From the sequence record EF517103.1: a stretch of DNA of 565 bases. The stretch is one strand, 5' to 3'. The DNA is from a phage. The notes under the pieces were generated by a model. The model saw nothing but the letters and a program-made list of their open reading frames with translations. It was not told the DNA's origin and ran no database searches. Positions 1-565 of this stretch are shown here, piece by piece (positions within the stretch are counted from its first letter, which is position 1; every line of letters begins with the position of its first letter). Position numbers and translations under genes: made by a program.

Positions 1-441
1 GTTCCGACTGCTGACCGTGTGTTCTACTGTGACCCAGATAGCTACTCTGCGATTCTGGCAGCATTGATGCCGAACGCAGCAAACTACGCTGCTCTGATTG
101 ACCCTGAGAAGGGTTCTATCCGCAACGTTATGGGCTTTGAGGTTGTAGAAGTTCCGCACCTCACCGCTGGTGGTGCTGGTACCGCTCGTGAGGGCACTAC
201 TGGTCAGAAGCACGTCTTTCCTGCCAATAAAGGTGAGGATAATGTCAAGGTTGCTAAGGACAACATTATCGGCTTGTTCATGCACCGCTCTGCGGTAGGT
301 ACTGTTAAGCTGCGTGACTTGGCTCTGGAGCGCGCTCGCCGTGCTAACTTTCAAGCGGACCAGATTATCGCTAAGTACGCAATGGGCCACGGTGGTCTTC
401 GCCCAGAAGCTGCTGGTGCAGTGGTTTTCAAAGTGGAGTAA
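1..441 (+). CDS. 10A: Major capsid protein 10A, C-terminal 146 codons plus stop; 5'-partial, gene continues upstream of the window
   Basis: Seen in sequence: frame 1 is open from base 1 (gtt ccg act gct gac cgt GTG ttc ... = VPTADRVFYCDPDSYS...) to TAA at 439-441. The ORF track begins at the internal GTG at 19 only because it needs a start codon. Established knowledge, recalled not searched: the translation ends ...AKYAMGHGGLRPEAAGAVVFKVE, the C-terminus of T7 gp10A. Codon choice is biased toward ggt, gct, cgt/cgc and ctg, typical of a highly expressed gene. No competing ORF on either strand. Confidence 0.92.
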   Translation, partial: VPTADRVFYCDPDSYSAILAALMPNAANYAALIDPEKGSIRNVMGFEVVEVPHLTAGGAGTAREGTTGQKHVFPANKGEDNVKVAKDNIIGLFMHRSAVGTVKLRDLALERARRANFQADQIIAKYAMGHGGLRPEAAGAVVFKVE

Positions 442-565
442 TGCTGGGGGTGGCCTCAACGGTCGCTGCTAGTCCCGAAGAGGCAAGTGTTACTTCAACA
501 GAAAAAACCTTAACGCCAGCACAGAAGGCCACACGCATCCGCGCTGCTAACAAAGCCCGAAAGGA
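1..565 (+). CDS. 10B: Minor capsid protein 10B, made by programmed -1 ribosomal frameshift near the end of 10A; equivalent to join(1..426,426..565); partial at both ends, with the 10B stop beyond the window
   Basis: Seen in sequence: the -1 frame (codons ttt 426-428, caa 429-431, agt 432-434 ...) has no stop from 375 to 565 and reads FQSGVMLGVASTVAASPEEASVTSTEKTLTPAQKATRIRAANKARK. Established knowledge: T7 gene 10 makes 10B by a -1 shift at this position, and the T7 10B tail reads, from memory, ...FQSGVMLGVASTVAASPEEASVTSTEETLTPAQEAARTRAANKARKEAELAAATAEQ. By that recollection the stop would lie about 34 nt past the window end. Confidence 0.8.
423..429 (+). promoter_or_regulatory. -1 frameshift slippery heptamer G GUU UUC (tRNA-Phe re-pairs UUC to UUU)
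   Basis: Seen in sequence: GGTTTTC at 423-429, read in the 0 frame as gtG GTT TTC, four codons before the 10A stop, and the only point where the open -1 frame can join the capsid frame. Established knowledge: this is the site described for T7 gene 10 frameshifting. It is not a canonical X XXY YYZ heptamer. Confidence 0.7.

Noticed and set aside
166-180. Short direct reiterations (gctggtggtgctggt at 166-180; gctgctggtgca at 409-420) as a possible repeat element
   Set aside because: These are codon-level reiterations encoding Gly/Ala-rich peptide (AGGAG, AAGA) within the capsid ORF, too short and in-frame to be a repeat element or CRISPR-like array.
19-441. ORF-track start at GTG 19 as the true start of a 140-aa protein
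   Set aside because: Frame 1 is already open from base 1 and the upstream residues (VPTADR) continue the capsid sequence. The GTG is an internal Val codon and the gene is 5'-truncated by the window edge.
441-565. Independent small gene starting at ATG 441-443, overlapping the 10A stop in a TAATG arrangement that would suggest translational coupling
   Set aside because: The GGAG at 435-438 is only 2 nt from the ATG, too close for a functional Shine-Dalgarno. The frame is open well upstream of the ATG (from 375) and is contiguous with the slippery heptamer, and the encoded peptide matches the known 10B frameshift extension. Frameshift is the better explanation.
442-565. Rho-independent terminator immediately after the 10A stop
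   Set aside because: There is no GC-rich hairpin followed by a T-run in 442-565. The A-run at 501-506 is not preceded by a stem. In T7 the late terminator lies after the 10B stop, beyond this window.
1-565. Minus-strand coding potential or an undescribed system such as a defence or anti-defence gene
   Set aside because: No ORF of meaningful length on the minus strand in the six-frame track. The whole window is accounted for by the gene 10A/10B capsid module, a well-characterised system.

Overview
This 565-bp window is the 3' end of a T7-type (Autographiviridae, Teseptimavirus-like) major capsid gene, gene 10, on the + strand. Frame 1 is open from position 1 and ends at TAA 439-441; the translation (...AILAALMPNAANYAALIDPEKGSIRNVMGFEVVEVPHLTAGG...GHGGLRPEAAGAVVFKVE*) matches, from memory, the C-terminus of phage T7 capsid protein 10A. 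Just before that stop lies the heptamer GGTTTTC (423-429). From there the -1 frame stays open to the window end and encodes ...FQSGVMLGVASTVAASPEEASVTSTEKTLTPAQKATRIRAANKARK..., which corresponds to the frameshift extension of T7 minor capsid protein 10B. So the window holds two overlapping products of one gene joined by a programmed -1 ribosomal frameshift, and the supplied ORF track shows only the 0-frame part. I see no minus-strand gene, RNA gene, CRISPR array, mobile element or terminator. This is a well-characterised phage system, not an undescribed one. The only candidate novelty is apparent amino-acid divergence from canonical T7, mostly in the 10B tail, and I could not verify that without an alignment.
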